A program made the translations under genes and the position numbers. From IMG/VR virus record IMGVR_UViG_3300042516_002585: 61,869 bases of DNA; one strand, 5' to 3'. The stretch is from an uncultured virus (IMG/VR IMGVR_UViG_3300042516_002585) (lineage: Duplodnaviria > Heunggongvirae > Uroviricota > Caudoviricetes). Of this stretch, positions 1-13,400 are shown in pieces. Position 1 is the first letter of the stretch; each line of letters starts with the position of its first letter. The notes beneath the pieces are model-generated. The model worked only from the letters and a program-made list of their open reading frames with translations. It was not told the origin of the DNA and did no database searches.

Positions 1-1
1 A

Positions 2-3000
2 ATTACTCCAAGTGGTGCAATTTCGGAAGTAAATCAAATAGCACCAATATATGGATTAAAATCTGATCAACATAAAGTTATTGCAATTAATAATTCTAAT
101 GGAGCTGGAATTAGTTCAATAGTTACTGGAAACACTGGTGTTGCAACTTGCACATTATCGACACCAATTTTAGGATTTACTGCACCATTATTTGCAGATG
201 GTGATGAAATTTTTGTTGAAGGTATTGATTTAATTGATAATGGAACAGGATATAATTCTAAAAATTATGATTATAGATTTTTCAAAGTACAGTCTTATGT
301 TAATTCTAATCCAGCAGTCTTAACTTTTGCGGTTGTAGATGAACTAGGTGTTGGATTGTCAACAAATCCAGGAATTGCAAAAACTTTCCAATCTGGATAT
401 GCAACTATTATTAATAAGAAACATTATCCAGAAATTAATGTAATTAAAAAGAGAGCAGCATTTGCATTAAACGAGCAATTGTTTGTTAATACTGGTACAG
501 GATTTATTGAGAGAGATCTATATGTATCCTCTATAAGAGATGAATATATTAAGGTTAATGGGTCTTACGCACTTAAAAAGGGTGATCAAATTAAAGGAAA
601 AGTAAGTGGTGCAATATCAGATGTAAGTTCTGTTAATCAAAATAAATCTAAATTTAAAATTGACTATTCATCTAAACAAAACATTGGGTGGAGAAATGAT
701 ATTGGAAAATTAAGCGAAGATTATCAGGTTACTCCTGATAATGATTATTATCAAAATCTTTCTTATTCTATTAAGAGTCCAATAACTTGGGATAAATTTG
801 TTTCTCCTGTTAATAGTATTATTCACCCAGCTGGATTGAAAAATTTCGCAGATGTTGGCATTATATCATCAACAAGAGCTTCTGTTGGACTTTCTGGAAC
901 AACAAATAGCATAGCTGTTTTAGACGTTATTGAAGAAAAAAGAGTAGATGTTATTAATAATTTTGATAATGTTATTGACTATGACATCAGAACAAATCCA
1001 GATCAATCCAAGTACTTAAAAATACAAAATAGAAAATTAACTGATTATACTGAATGTAGGACTAATAGAGTTTTAATTCATGATGATATTAGTTCAAGAT
1101 TTTCAAGCAGAGGGTTTGAAGATCCATTTGTAGAAATTGAAGAAATTGATACTATTGATTCTCATGTAAGATATACAATTCAGATTGTGGATCCTGATAC
1201 ATATGATTCACAAATAACCGAACTTGTGCTACAAACAACAACATTAGACTCTATCTTATTTGAAAAATATACGGCATATAGTAATGAATTGCTTGGGGAG
1301 TTTAGTGCAAATGTTGATGATGCTGGAAGAAAAACTCTAATATTTACACCAACAGACAGATTTGATAGAGATCATGACATTAAAATTTTGAAGAAAACTT
1401 TTGCATCTCCAGAAGTAGGGTCGGGAATTGGAACTAATACATTCGGTTCTATTAATTTAATAGGATCTACTATCATTGGAATTTCCAGTGTGGGAACAGC
1501 AAATAGTATAAGAACTATCGCACAGTTCTCAGATACTAACTTTAACGGTTTATTTGCAAATATTGAAGTTACAAATACTCTAAGCAAAGAAGTAAATTAT
1601 ATTGAAGCTGCATTAGATTTTGATGGATCAAATACGTATCTAAGTGAGTATTACTTTGACACTAGAACTCAATCATATAGTCTATCTTCTATTGGCATTG
1701 TAACAGCAATCTACGATCCTAATGCGGGAATTGTATCATTTAGAGTTCAAAATGATGAAGTTAACCTTCTAGATGTTAGATCTAATATTGTAGGGTTTGC
1801 TGCAACTAGTTCTGGTATTGGGACTTATAGATTTTCTTTACCTGGACAACCAATTGGAGCAGAGAGAACTGCCAAGTTAGAATCAACCGTTGGTTTTGGC
1901 ACTACTTCTATTAAAGTAGGAACATTTGATTTAGATTTAATATCATCTGTTTCATCTATTGTAAGAGTTTCTTCTGGAAACAGTTCTGCAATTCATCAGG
2001 TTTCAGTTTTAAACGATACTGAAAATATAACCGTTGTTCCTGGTCCTTTTTCACCAACAAATAATGTAACAGGACTTGGAACTTTTGGAGGAGAAATTTC
2101 TGGAAATAAATTCTTCTTAAATTTCTACCCAGATTCTTCAAGTTCCAATACAAATATTCAAGGATTTAATGAAGTCCTTTATACGTATAGTGATTTTGAT
2201 AATGAACCACCTTCATTAAAGTATGGAAATACGACTCAAAGTCTATTTTTATCCGCATATGATGGCATTAATGGTACAAGAGCAAATAAAGTCAACTTTA
2301 CCTTAAAACATGAAGAGATTCCCATTTATAAAAAGGTATTTGATCCATCAGATTCTACTACACTTAACCTATCTACTGGTGTATTCACCATTAGAAATCA
2401 CTTCTTTAATACAGGAGAAGAATTAATTTATAGTCCCAAATCATCTTTTATTGGTGTTGGTCAAAGTGCAATGGGAATTGGTGCAACATCAAATTATCTT
2501 GGTATTGTTACTAATAGATTACCAGAAAAAGTGTATCCTATTGCACTTACACCAGATACATTTAAGTTGGCAACTAGAAAATCTTATGCATCTTTAGGTA
2601 TTGGCGTAACATTTACTGATGTTGGTCTCGGCAATGCTCATGAATTGGAAATGACTAAAAAACTCTCAAAGAGTGTCATTTCTCTTGATGGTATTGTACA
2701 GCAACCCATTACGTTTACTCCAATATCACATCGTTTAGATTATAACAGTGGTGGAATTAGTGCTGGAATTTCTACTTTCAACCTTAGTGGTATTTCCTCA
2801 ATACAACCAAGAGATATTCTAAAAATTGATGAAGAATATATGAAAGTTATTGAAGTTGGTGTAAGTTCAAATACAGGAGGGAAAATTACAGGTATTATTA
2901 ATTCTTCTGGAATTTCAACTTTCCCAACAGTTTCTGTTGTAAGAGCATCTGTTGGCAGTACTGCTACCACACATACTGATGGTGCAACCGTTCAGGTTTA

Positions 3001-5866
3001 TAGAGGTTCATTCAATATAGTTGGAAATGAAATTTGGTTTGTGGATCCACCCAAAGGAAATACAAGAGCAAGAAGAGATGCAAGTAATCTTCCTTATGTA
3101 AGGGCTCAATATGCAGGAAGAACATTCCTAAGATCAAACTATGACACAAATATGATATTTGATGATGTTTCAGATCAATTCACTGGAATTGGAAAAACAT
3201 ACACTATGACTGTTGAAGGAATTAACACAACTGGTGTTTCTATTGGCAACGGTATATTGTTTATTAATGGTGTATTCCAAACTCCAACAACTATTAATAA
3301 TGCTGGGAACAACTATGAATTTGCAAATGACAACGTTGCTGGTATCTCCAGTGTTGTATTTACAGGTATCACTTCAACAGATGGAACATATATTAAATCT
3401 GATTTCGATATTAACCAAAATCAACTTCCAAGAGGAGGTCTAATTGTTTCACTGGGATCAACTCCAGGATTAGGATATGCTCCACTAGTCGGTGCAAAAG
3501 TAAGAGCTGTATTAAATGGATCAGGAACTATTACCAGTATAACGGGAATTTCTCATACTGGTCCTGGGCAATCAATTAGCACTGCATCTTATAATAATGA
3601 AACTGGTATTATAGAAATAACAACTACATCAAATCACAATTTTGTTGGTGGTGATAGAATTAAATTGGTTGGTTTAGGATTTACTTGCCCATCAGGTGCA
3701 GGTATTGTATCTTACTTCCCATCACGAGGATTGGATTATTCTTATGATATTGTTAATATTATTTCTTCTAATTCATTTACCGCAAATGTAGGAACTAGCA
3801 CTTTACCACATTCCTATATTGGATTTGGTACTGTTTTCCCTTGGTATGATTTAAATTATGGTTCTGGATATAGAGATCCTGTTTCAATAGGTGTTACTGA
3901 CCCTAATCATGCAGGTGCAGGAGCAACTATTACAGCAACAGTTGGTGCTGGTGGTACATTAGCATTCAATGTTATTAGTGGAGGATCTGGATACGTTGAA
4001 CCATATATTAAAATACCAGAACCAATTTATGAAAATCTTCCAGTTATTGGAGTTTCCAGAGTTGGTGTTGGATCAACAACTGCAACTGGTTCTAATTTGT
4101 TGATGAATATTAAAATTGGTCCTTCTCCATCAACTGTTGGAATTGGTTCAACACTATTTCTTGTTGAATCTTTCCAAATTTCAAGACCAGGTTATGCATT
4201 CCAAGTTGGAGATATATTTAAACCTGTTGGACTTGTTACTGCAAAAGATTACGTTCAACCATTAGAAGAGTTCCAACTTGAAGTTGTTGAAACATTCCAG
4301 GACTTTTTCTCTTCCTGGTCTTTTGGGGAAATGAATTACATTGATAGCATTTCTACATTACAAAATGGAAGTAGAACAAGATTCCCACTTTATTACAATG
4401 GACAGTTATTAAGTTTTGAAGTTGATCCAAATAATCCTCTTTCTGGAGCAATTAATCTTGATGCTGTTCTTCTAATCTTTGTAAATGGAGTAATACAAGA
4501 ACCAACATATGCTTACAGATTTTTTGGTGGAACATCATTTGAATTTACTGAGGCACCAAAATCATCCGATAAAGTTGATATCTTTTTCTACATTGGTCAA
4601 AATGGAGTTGATATTTCAATAATTGATGTTAATGAAACAATAAAAATTGGTGATGATGTATTTGTTAGAAAAAATCCATTTTATCCATTAATAACCGATC
4701 AAGATAGAGATAGAACTATTGTTGATATTAGTGGTTCTGATACTGTTGAAACAGATCTTTATGTTGGAACTTCAATTAATGATACAAATTACCGCCCAAT
4801 AGAATGGATCAAACAAAAAACAGATAAGTACATTAAAGGAGATGTTGTTTATAAAACACGCGACTCTCTTGAACCATTTGTTTATCCAACTGCAAAAATA
4901 ATAGGAGATGTTACAGCAAGTTCTTCAAATATTTTTGTGGATAATGCTCAATTCTTTAATTATGAAGAAAATAATTATGGAATTACAATAACTTCTGTTG
5001 ATGGTCTAATAGTTCAAGGAACAGATCCGGTTGCTGCTGCATTTACTGCAACAGTTTCGGCAGCAGGAACTATTTCTGCAATTACTATAACAAATCCAGG
5101 ATTTGGATATTCGACAAGTGTTCCTATTAAAATTTCTAATCCTAGAGTTGGTGTCGGAACGTTCAGTTTAGAAACTGTTGGATTGGGTGTGGGTATTGGT
5201 ATTGGAATAACCGCAACTGCTATTGCTAATGTTTCTGGAAGTCAGATAGTTTCAGTATCCATTACAAATCCTGGATTTGGATACACTGTGGCACCAAATC
5301 TTATTATTGAGGTTCCACCAGTAACAAGTGAAAAAATTACAGGAATTGCAAATATACAAGGTTTTAGTGGTATTATTACTGGCATTAGCACTACTACTGG
5401 AACTGGCGGACATCCATTAGCACTAAAAATTAATTTTAGAGCAAATGCTTCAGATGCAAATGATTTGCAAGCAGGATATCCAATATTTGTATACAACACA
5501 ACTGTTGGAAATGGAGTTACCTCTGTTAATAGTAACGATTCTTCTGTAGTTGGAATAGGAACTAGTTTCTTAGATAATGTTTATATTGTTAATTCAAAAA
5601 CTAATTTCGGACCAGATGCAGAAATAATATGTAATATTAAATCAAATAGCAACGTTATCGGAATTGCTACCACAGGATCTCTTACACTACCATTAGGAAA
5701 TATTTCTTGGGGTAGATTATATAATTTCTCTTCTAGAACCAATCCGATTTCTATTGGAGTTACTGGTTTAATTGTTGACTCTGGATTATCAACATTCCCA
5801 ACTATACAAAGGAGAACATTTGGATTAAGAAATAGTGGTGCTATTAGGAAACTTTCTAACTTATAA
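2..5866 (+). CDS. Large baseplate wedge/structural protein (gp7-like), 5'-truncated
   Basis: Frame is open from base 2 (ITPSGAISEVNQ...), so the TTG at 356 is not the true start. Contains YYQNLSYSIKS and HPAGLKNF motifs typical of T4-like baseplate wedge proteins; lies directly upstream of gp8. Confidence 0.75.
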   Translation: MTPSGAISEVNQIAPIYGLKSDQHKVIAINNSNGAGISSIVTGNTGVATCTLSTPILGFTAPLFADGDEIFVEGIDLIDNGTGYNSKNYDYRFFKVQSYVNSNPAVLTFAVVDELGVGLSTNPGIAKTFQSGYATIINKKHYPEINVIKKRAAFALNEQLFVNTGTGFIERDLYVSSIRDEYIKVNGSYALKKGDQIKGKVSGAISDVSSVNQNKSKFKIDYSSKQNIGWRNDIGKLSEDYQVTPDNDYYQNLSYSIKSPITWDKFVSPVNSIIHPAGLKNFADVGIISSTRASVGLSGTTNSIAVLDVIEEKRVDVINNFDNVIDYDIRTNPDQSKYLKIQNRKLTDYTECRTNRVLIHDDISSRFSSRGFEDPFVEIEEIDTIDSHVRYTIQIVDPDTYDSQITELVLQTTTLDSILFEKYTAYSNELLGEFSANVDDAGRKTLIFTPTDRFDRDHDIKILKKTFASPEVGSGIGTNTFGSINLIGSTIIGISSVGTANSIRTIAQFSDTNFNGLFANIEVTNTLSKEVNYIEAALDFDGSNTYLSEYYFDTRTQSYSLSSIGIVTAIYDPNAGIVSFRVQNDEVNLLDVRSNIVGFAATSSGIGTYRFSLPGQPIGAERTAKLESTVGFGTTSIKVGTFDLDLISSVSSIVRVSSGNSSAIHQVSVLNDTENITVVPGPFSPTNNVTGLGTFGGEISGNKFFLNFYPDSSSSNTNIQGFNEVLYTYSDFDNEPPSLKYGNTTQSLFLSAYDGINGTRANKVNFTLKHEEIPIYKKVFDPSDSTTLNLSTGVFTIRNHFFNTGEELIYSPKSSFIGVGQSAMGIGATSNYLGIVTNRLPEKVYPIALTPDTFKLATRKSYASLGIGVTFTDVGLGNAHELEMTKKLSKSVISLDGIVQQPITFTPISHRLDYNSGGISAGISTFNLSGISSIQPRDILKIDEEYMKVIEVGVSSNTGGKITGIINSSGISTFPTVSVVRASVGSTATTHTDGATVQVYRGSFNIVGNEIWFVDPPKGNTRARRDASNLPYVRAQYAGRTFLRSNYDTNMIFDDVSDQFTGIGKTYTMTVEGINTTGVSIGNGILFINGVFQTPTTINNAGNNYEFANDNVAGISSVVFTGITSTDGTYIKSDFDINQNQLPRGGLIVSLGSTPGLGYAPLVGAKVRAVLNGSGTITSITGISHTGPGQSISTASYNNETGIIEITTTSNHNFVGGDRIKLVGLGFTCPSGAGIVSYFPSRGLDYSYDIVNIISSNSFTANVGTSTLPHSYIGFGTVFPWYDLNYGSGYRDPVSIGVTDPNHAGAGATITATVGAGGTLAFNVISGGSGYVEPYIKIPEPIYENLPVIGVSRVGVGSTTATGSNLLMNIKIGPSPSTVGIGSTLFLVESFQISRPGYAFQVGDIFKPVGLVTAKDYVQPLEEFQLEVVETFQDFFSSWSFGEMNYIDSISTLQNGSRTRFPLYYNGQLLSFEVDPNNPLSGAINLDAVLLIFVNGVIQEPTYAYRFFGGTSFEFTEAPKSSDKVDIFFYIGQNGVDISIIDVNETIKIGDDVFVRKNPFYPLITDQDRDRTIVDISGSDTVETDLYVGTSINDTNYRPIEWIKQKTDKYIKGDVVYKTRDSLEPFVYPTAKIIGDVTASSSNIFVDNAQFFNYEENNYGITITSVDGLIVQGTDPVAAAFTATVSAAGTISAITITNPGFGYSTSVPIKISNPRVGVGTFSLETVGLGVGIGIGITATAIANVSGSQIVSVSITNPGFGYTVAPNLIIEVPPVTSEKITGIANIQGFSGIITGISTTTGTGGHPLALKINFRANASDANDLQAGYPIFVYNTTVGNGVTSVNSNDSSVVGIGTSFLDNVYIVNSKTNFGPDAEIICNIKSNSNVIGIATTGSLTLPLGNISWGRLYNFSSRTNPISIGVTGLIVDSGLSTFPTIQRRTFGLRNSGAIRKLSNL

Positions 5867-5874
5867 ACACAAGG

Positions 5875-5882
5875 TATAAATA
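5875..5882 (+). promoter_or_regulatory. T4-type late promoter
   Basis: TATAAATA just upstream of the gp8 ATG. Confidence 0.75.
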
Positions 5883-5900
5883 CATAAAAAACGTTTAACA

Positions 5901-7460
5901 ATGTCAGCACTTGTTACTGATCAATTTAGGATTTTGAATGCTAGTAATTTTGTAGATTCTGTCGAATCTACAAATAATTCATATTATATTGCAGTTGGGT
6001 TACCAAATCCAACTGCAGTTGGATTTGGAAGATCCACAAATTGGAACACTAATCCACCAGCACCAGTAGATAATTTTTCATATGTGGATCATTATGGTGA
6101 TACTATTTTATATGGTAAAAGAATAACCTCTGCAAATATTAGAAGGATAATTAGAAGAATAGATTGGACGGCAGGAAATAGATATGAAATGTATAGAAAT
6201 GATTATAGTATTCTCAATCCAAGTCCATTAACTAATTCATCTAGACTATATGATGCAAATTACTATGTAATGAATAGTGATTATAGAGTTTATGTTTGTA
6301 TTGAAAATGGGTCAAATGGTACAAATGTAAAAGGTAATGTATCTCAGGACGAACCAACATTTACAGATTTAGAACCATCAAGGGCAGGTGATAGTGGTGA
6401 TGGATATATTTGGAAATATCTTTTTACTGTTTCACCTAGCGATATTGTTAAATTTGATTCTACAGAGTATATAACTGTTCCAAATGGTTGGTTAACATCT
6501 AATGATTCTCAAATATTAGCAGTTAGAGAGTCAGCAGATTCCACAGTAAATAATAACCAGATTAAAACAGTATATATTGAGAAGGCAGGAGCAAATTACT
6601 CAAATGGATTAGGGCAAGAATTTAATATACTTGGTGATGGAAGCGGTGGTAGAGTTAGGGTTGATGTTGAAGGTGGAAAAGTAACTAATACAATTGTTAC
6701 TTCGGGAGGAAAAAATTATAGTTATGGATTGGTTGATTTAGGATCAATTAATTTAAATTCTACTGGAACTAGTGCAAAATTAGTTCCTATTATTCCACCT
6801 TCAAGAGGACATGGTTATGATATCTATACAGAACTTGGAACAGATAAAGTTTTAGTTTATGCTAGATTTGATGATTCTACAAAAGATTTTCCAGTAGATA
6901 CTAGTTTTGCTCAGGTTTGTATTATAAAAAATCCAACAGCATTTGGGTCTTCGACAGTATATACTGACAATACTTTTACTGGTTTATACTCAATGTTATT
7001 TTCATCTATTACCGGCACCCCAACGGTAGGAGAAAAAATTGAGCAGATAGTTTCTAGTGGATCATCCAAAGCGATTGGATATGTAGCTTCTTGGGACAGT
7101 GAAACAAAAGTTTTAAAATATTTTGTGGATCGTTCTTTATATTACAATCAAACAACACTTGATCAACAAGATTATGTTGGCATTTCTACAAATGGTAGAC
7201 TTTATCCGTTCGAATCTTCTGCTAATCAAGTTATTGGAAAATCCTCAGGATTTTCTGCTTCAATATTTACTGGATTTTCTGGAATTTCAACAAATCCAAC
7301 AGGATCAAAATTAATTAATTTGGGTGTTAACTTTACTTCTGGGTTAGCAACTCCTGAAATAAATAAAGGATCGGGAGATATAATCTACCTCGACAATAGA
7401 CCTACAATTAGTAGGAGTGCCCGTCAAAAAGAAGACATCAAAATAGTACTGGAATTTTAA
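5901..7460 (+). CDS. gp8: Baseplate wedge subunit gp8
   Basis: YYVMNSDYRVYVC, DGYIWKYLF and C-terminal IYLDNRPTISR...QKEDIKIVLEF motifs of gp8. Confidence 0.9.
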   Translation: MSALVTDQFRILNASNFVDSVESTNNSYYIAVGLPNPTAVGFGRSTNWNTNPPAPVDNFSYVDHYGDTILYGKRITSANIRRIIRRIDWTAGNRYEMYRNDYSILNPSPLTNSSRLYDANYYVMNSDYRVYVCIENGSNGTNVKGNVSQDEPTFTDLEPSRAGDSGDGYIWKYLFTVSPSDIVKFDSTEYITVPNGWLTSNDSQILAVRESADSTVNNNQIKTVYIEKAGANYSNGLGQEFNILGDGSGGRVRVDVEGGKVTNTIVTSGGKNYSYGLVDLGSINLNSTGTSAKLVPIIPPSRGHGYDIYTELGTDKVLVYARFDDSTKDFPVDTSFAQVCIIKNPTAFGSSTVYTDNTFTGLYSMLFSSITGTPTVGEKIEQIVSSGSSKAIGYVASWDSETKVLKYFVDRSLYYNQTTLDQQDYVGISTNGRLYPFESSANQVIGKSSGFSASIFTGFSGISTNPTGSKLINLGVNFTSGLATPEINKGSGDIIYLDNRPTISRSARQKEDIKIVLEF

Positions 7461-7463
7461 AAA

Positions 7464-10400
7464 ATGCCACAAAAGACTAATCTCAATGTAAGTCCTTATT
7501 ATGATGATTTTGATAAGGCAGACAATTATTATAGAGTTCTTTTTAAACCTGGATATCCTGTTCAGGCAAGAGAGTTAACAGGATTACAGTCTATTTTACA
7601 AAATCAAGTAGAATCTTTTGGAAGTCATATTTTTAAAGAAGGTTCTATGGTAATTCCTGGGGGAGTTACTTGTGACAATGCATTTACAACAATAAAAGTA
7701 AATAATGATCACTTGGGCATCGATGTTACAGTCTATCTTGATGCATTAAAAAATGCCAACACTGGTAGAGGAACAAAGGTAAGAGGTCAAACTTCAGGTG
7801 TTGTTGGTACTATTAAGGGATATCTTTTACCCCCAGAAGAAGGAGTTGAGCAAATAACTTTATTTGTTAAGTATCGTGATGGTGCAGATGATGGTGAAGG
7901 TATAGAATTCTTAGATGGAGAGGTTTTAATACTAGAAGAAAATATTACCTATGGAAATACTGCACTTAACAGTGGAGATTCTGTATTAACATTGGTATCA
8001 ACAAATTCAACTGCAACTGGATATGCAGTTGGTGTTTCGCAGGGTGTATATTTTATTAGGGGTATTTTTCTTGATGTTCCTAATACGCAAATTATTTTAG
8101 ATCCATATAATAATGAACCTTCATATAGAGTTGGTTTTGACATTCTTGAAGAAATTGTTACTTCTGATGATGATGTAGATTTAAATGATAATGCAAAAGG
8201 ATTTACCAATTATGCTGCACCTGGTGCAGACAGATTAAAAATAAGTGTCAAATTATCTAAAAAACAATTAACAGATTTTAATGATACAAATTTTGTAGAA
8301 TTAGTTAAGATTGACAAAGGTCAAATTAAAAAACTACAAAATAAGTCAGATTATAGCGTAATTAAGGATTATTTTGCAAAAAGAACTTTTGAAGAGTCTG
8401 GAAATTATGCAGTAAATCCATTTACAATATCTGTTGCTAATTCATTGAATGATGAAATTGGTAATGGAGGTCTTTATCTTGAAGGAGAAAAAACAGAACA
8501 AGGAAATATTCCTTCTGATGATTTATTGTCAGTAAAAGTATCTGCTGGAACTGCGTATGTTAAAGGATTTGATATTGATTTAGTTGGCGGAGCAGTTGTC
8601 GATGCTCCAAAACCAAGAACAACCAAAAAAGTTGATAGTGCTTTAGTTCCTTTTGCGACAGGAAGTCTTTTAAAAGTTAATAATGTTCATGGAGTTCCAT
8701 ATTTAAATATTGGTGCATCACAGAGTGGTGCTCAAACAACACAGGCAAATATTATAGAACTTTATAATAGGAGAAGAGATGCTTCTGGAGATGGTCCAGG
8801 AACTGCTGGTGGTGGTGGAACCAAGATTGGAGAGGCGAGAGTTTATTGGTATGGCGTATCTGATGCCCAATATACCGGAGATAGCACAACTTGGGACTTG
8901 TATTTGTTTGATGTTCAAACTTATACGACTCTTTATCTAGCAAAAGAATATACTACAACAGAAGTTCCACTTTCTTCATTTATTAGAGGTTTGTCCAGTG
9001 GCGCTACTGGTTATCTTGCAGCAAAACCAAATAGTTCTGCATATAGTTTGTCACAAACTTCTGGAACATTTTTGGTTGGTGAACAAGTTATTATAAATGA
9101 AAATCCAGAACTTAAAATTGGTATTCAAGCACTTAATGCATACACAACGGAGGATATAAAATCAGTCTATCAAGATTCGACTGCTTTGAATAGTTCTTTA
9201 CAAGCAGACTTTTTTGCTGACACTGTTCTATATGAAAGAACTCCTCCTAATTTTTCTATCACTGATAAACTAACAATAAGTAGTGGAACTACTGGCAGAG
9301 TTGCTGGGAGATTTTTCAGTGGTACAACAGGCATTAAAACGGAAGCAATAATTAAATATCAATTTAGTGGTCAAAGTGATCCAAACTACAATAGAATTAC
9401 AGCAATTGCTGCTGATGGAACTAATATAACTCTTGCGTCTGCTGGTGTTGCGGTTACTTCTGTTGCAAGAGTATCAGTAGATAATGGAGATTCAGTATTT
9501 TCCTTGATGGAACCAAAGATAACAAATCTTGATTCATCAGGATTATATACAATTCTTCCAAAAGAAAATATTGCCTCTGTTGATTTATCACAATCTGAAC
9601 TTACAATTACAAAACAAATTACTGGCAGATCAACAAATGCATTTGGTTCCTTAACAATTACAGCATCTGATGCTTTAGATTCTACATCTGGAATTACTAG
9701 TGCATTTTTTGAATCTTTTGATGCTGAAAGATATTCAGTTCATTATAGTGATGGAACTACAGATGAATTAAATTCAGGCAAATTCACACTTGGATCTAAT
9801 GGCAATTCAATTACTTTTACAGGTTTAAGAATAAATCAGTCAAATATAACTGTAATTGCTACATTGAAGAAAAGACAGGTTACAAATAAATCAAAAGAAT
9901 TTATAAGAAGTAGACAACTATCAGTTATTAGAACTAGTGGAATTTCCACACAAACAGGATCATCTGCCACTGGTCTTAGTACAAGTAAGTATTATGGTCT
10001 AAGAGTAGAAGATAATGAAATATCTTTAAACGTTCCTGATGTTGTTAATGTTCGTGCAGTATATGAGTCCACAGACACATCAACTCCTGTTTTAGATAAA
10101 TTAACTTTTGCTACTGGATTAGCATTAGATTCTAATGCAATTACTGGTGAACAATTGATGGGACAAACTAGTAGAGCAGTTGCACAAATTGTCAATAAGG
10201 CAGCAGCAACAATAGAATTTGTACCTTTAAATGAAAATAAGTTTGAAGTTGGCGAAACTGTCATATTTAAAGAATCTTCTATCAGTGCGGTTATACAGCA
10301 AATAACCCCAGGTAGTTATATTAATAAGACTAATGACTATACATTGGATAAATCTCATAAGAGTCAATATTGTGATTATTCTAGAATAAGGAGAAAGGTA

Positions 10401-13400
10401 GGAAGTTCTATCCCATCTCGCCAATTATTAATTATCTTTGATTACTATAAAGTAGCATCGGGAAATAGTGGAGATTTATTTACTGTAAATTCATATACTC
10501 AGGATAGATATTTGAATGATATTCCCATAATTCCTGATCAAATTCGTGCATCTGATGTTCTTGATTTTAGACCAAGAGTTCAAGAATTTGATCCTTCAAC
10601 AACAAATGCATCACCATTTGCATTTAGTTCAAGATCTTATGAAAGCACTTTTAGGTATGCAATTTCTCCTGATGAAACCTCATTTATTGGATATAGTTAT
10701 TATTTGCCAAGAGTTGATTTAGTAACAGTTAATCGTCTTGGCGAAGTTGAAATTGTTCAAGGTGAACCTAGCGACACTCCACGTGCTCCATTTCTTGCAG
10801 ATGATGCAATGGAGTTGGCTCAAATTAGTTATCCAGCATATCTTTATAATCCTCAAAAAGATCCAAAAATCTTATTGAGAGATAATAGAAGATTTACTAT
10901 GAGAGATATTGGAAAACTTGAGCAAAGAATTGAGAATTTAGAAGATATTACAAGTTTGAGTATGCTCGAACTTAAAGCACAAACTCTTGAAGTTACTGAT
11001 GCAAATGGTCTCAATAGATTTAAATCAGGATTTGTTGTTACTAGTTTTAAAGACAAATCTCTTGCTGATATGAGATATACGACCATTGATATCAGTAAAT
11101 CTGATCCAACTGGAATTACTCCTGTTGATTTTTGGTCAATTCCTGCTGAATTAGCATTAGATCCTGGTATTGATCGTTCGACAACTGATATAACACAGAA
11201 CTTAAAATTATTAGATCCAAATATTCAAAAAACTGGTGATTTGTTAACATTAGCATATACTGAAGTTGATTGGATTGAGCAACCACATGCGACTAATGTT
11301 GAAAATGTTAACCCATTTAACGTAATAGTTTTTGTCGGGGGAGTAGTATTAGATCCAGCATCTGATAATTGGGTTAGAACAATTTATATTGATGAGCACA
11401 GAACCGAATCTACTGGAGCAAATTGGGTACAAGAGGCAAATACTTTTGTTAATGAAAATGTAACTGAATTTAATGGACCTCATCCTAATGCTGATGGAAC
11501 CAGGATCATTAAAAGAGGTTCTTTAGTTACAACAACTACTACTACAACTACTCAATATACACCAAAATTAACTGGTCCTTCTAGGGAATTTAATTATGTA
11601 GAAGATGTGAAAATTAGTGGTGATGTAGATCCATTTATGCGTTCGAGAAATGTATATTTTGCAGCAAATGGATTAAGACCATTCACAAAACATTATCATT
11701 ATTTGGATAGTCAACAAGTTGATATTATTCCAAAACTTTGTGAAATTGAAATGCAATCTGGAACTTTCCAAGTATTTGAAAATGCTCGAATTTATAAGCG
11801 TTATGCTGGTGGTAAGCAGATAGGATATATTAGAATCCAAAAACCAAATCATAAGTTTGGAGATACTTCTAGACCAGATATTGGAGCTGGGTTGGGAGCA
11901 CCAGACGTACTCGTTGAAACATATACAGTTGATCCATATGATAAAACAAGGCCAGCTCCTGGTGATTCTTATTCTGCAACATCAAAATTAATTAACTTTG
12001 GTGTTAGAGCTCTCGCAAACGAGGAAAGATATTATGGATATGTAGAAAATGGTTCGATTATTGTTGGAGAAACCAGTGGTGCTATTGCAAAAATTAAAAG
12101 AGCAGAATTAGTAACAGATAATTGGGGTGATGTTATTGGAAACTTCTTCTTTAGAGATCCAAATTCAAATCCACCACCACTATCCAAAGTCAGAAGCGGA
12201 ACAAAAACTGTAAAAGTTACCGCAGTACCACCAGGAGTTACGCCTTTACCAGGATCTACGGTATTTGCTAGTGAAGCACTAGGAACATATAGTGGATCTG
12301 GAACTATCTTAACTCAAGAGACAAGTAGAGTTTCCGTTAGAAATCCACCCCCACCAGTAGCTAAACCAACAGACATTCAAGTTCAAACAAAAGCAGTTCA
12401 TAGAGATCCTCTTGCACAATCATTTACTGTTGATGGTAAAGGAGTATTTTTAACATCATTTGATTTATATTTTGCAGCGAAAGATCCTCAAGCAAAGATT
12501 TATGTAGAACTTAGAACTGTTGAACTAGGAACTCCAACTTCATTCCTTGTTCAAGATTATACACAAGTTGCATTAAATCCTGATCAAATAAACATTGCTG
12601 AGACAACATTTGGCGTTAAGAGTATGGCAGGATTTGATGATGCTGCAAGTGGCGCTACACCAGGTCAATTTGGTTATGAAGTTGACTATCCATATGCAAA
12701 ATCACAAGGTTTCTCTGATGCCGATATCAGATATTTCTTAGAAAATGTATATACTGGTAATATTGGAACAAAAATGAAAGAGATTTTGATGGACACTAGT
12801 TGGGGAGTATATGCCAAACCTACTATTCCAGAACCAGTCCCAACTAGAGTTCGTTTCCCATCTCCTGTATTCTTAGAAGCAGGTAGAGAATATGCAATCG
12901 TAATTCTTTCACCAGCATCTGATGCATATGAAATGTGGACTGCCACAATGGGCAAGAAAACTGTTAAAACACAAAATCTCCCAGATTCTCAGAATGTAAT
13001 TGTTACTAAACAGTATATTGGTGGAAGTTTATTCAAATCTCAAAATGGAACTATTTGGACTGCTAGCCAGTATCAAGATCTTACATTTAAACTTTATAAA
13101 GCTAAATTTGTTCCATCTGGAACCCTAACATTCTATAATACAGATCTTACACCTGGTGGAACAAATGTTCAGACACTTGAAAGCAATCCAGTTGAAGGTT
13201 TACCAAGAAAATTAAAAGTATCAATCTCAGGAACTTTAAACCCTGTTGTTGTTCCAGGTACTAAAATTGGTGAGGGATCCAGTCCAAGTATTACTGGTAT
13301 TGTTGAAAATCTTGGTGGACCAATTTCTGCAACAGGAACTGGTTCTGTTGGTATTGTTGCTGTTGGAGCTGGTTATTCAAATGGAACGTATACATCAGTT

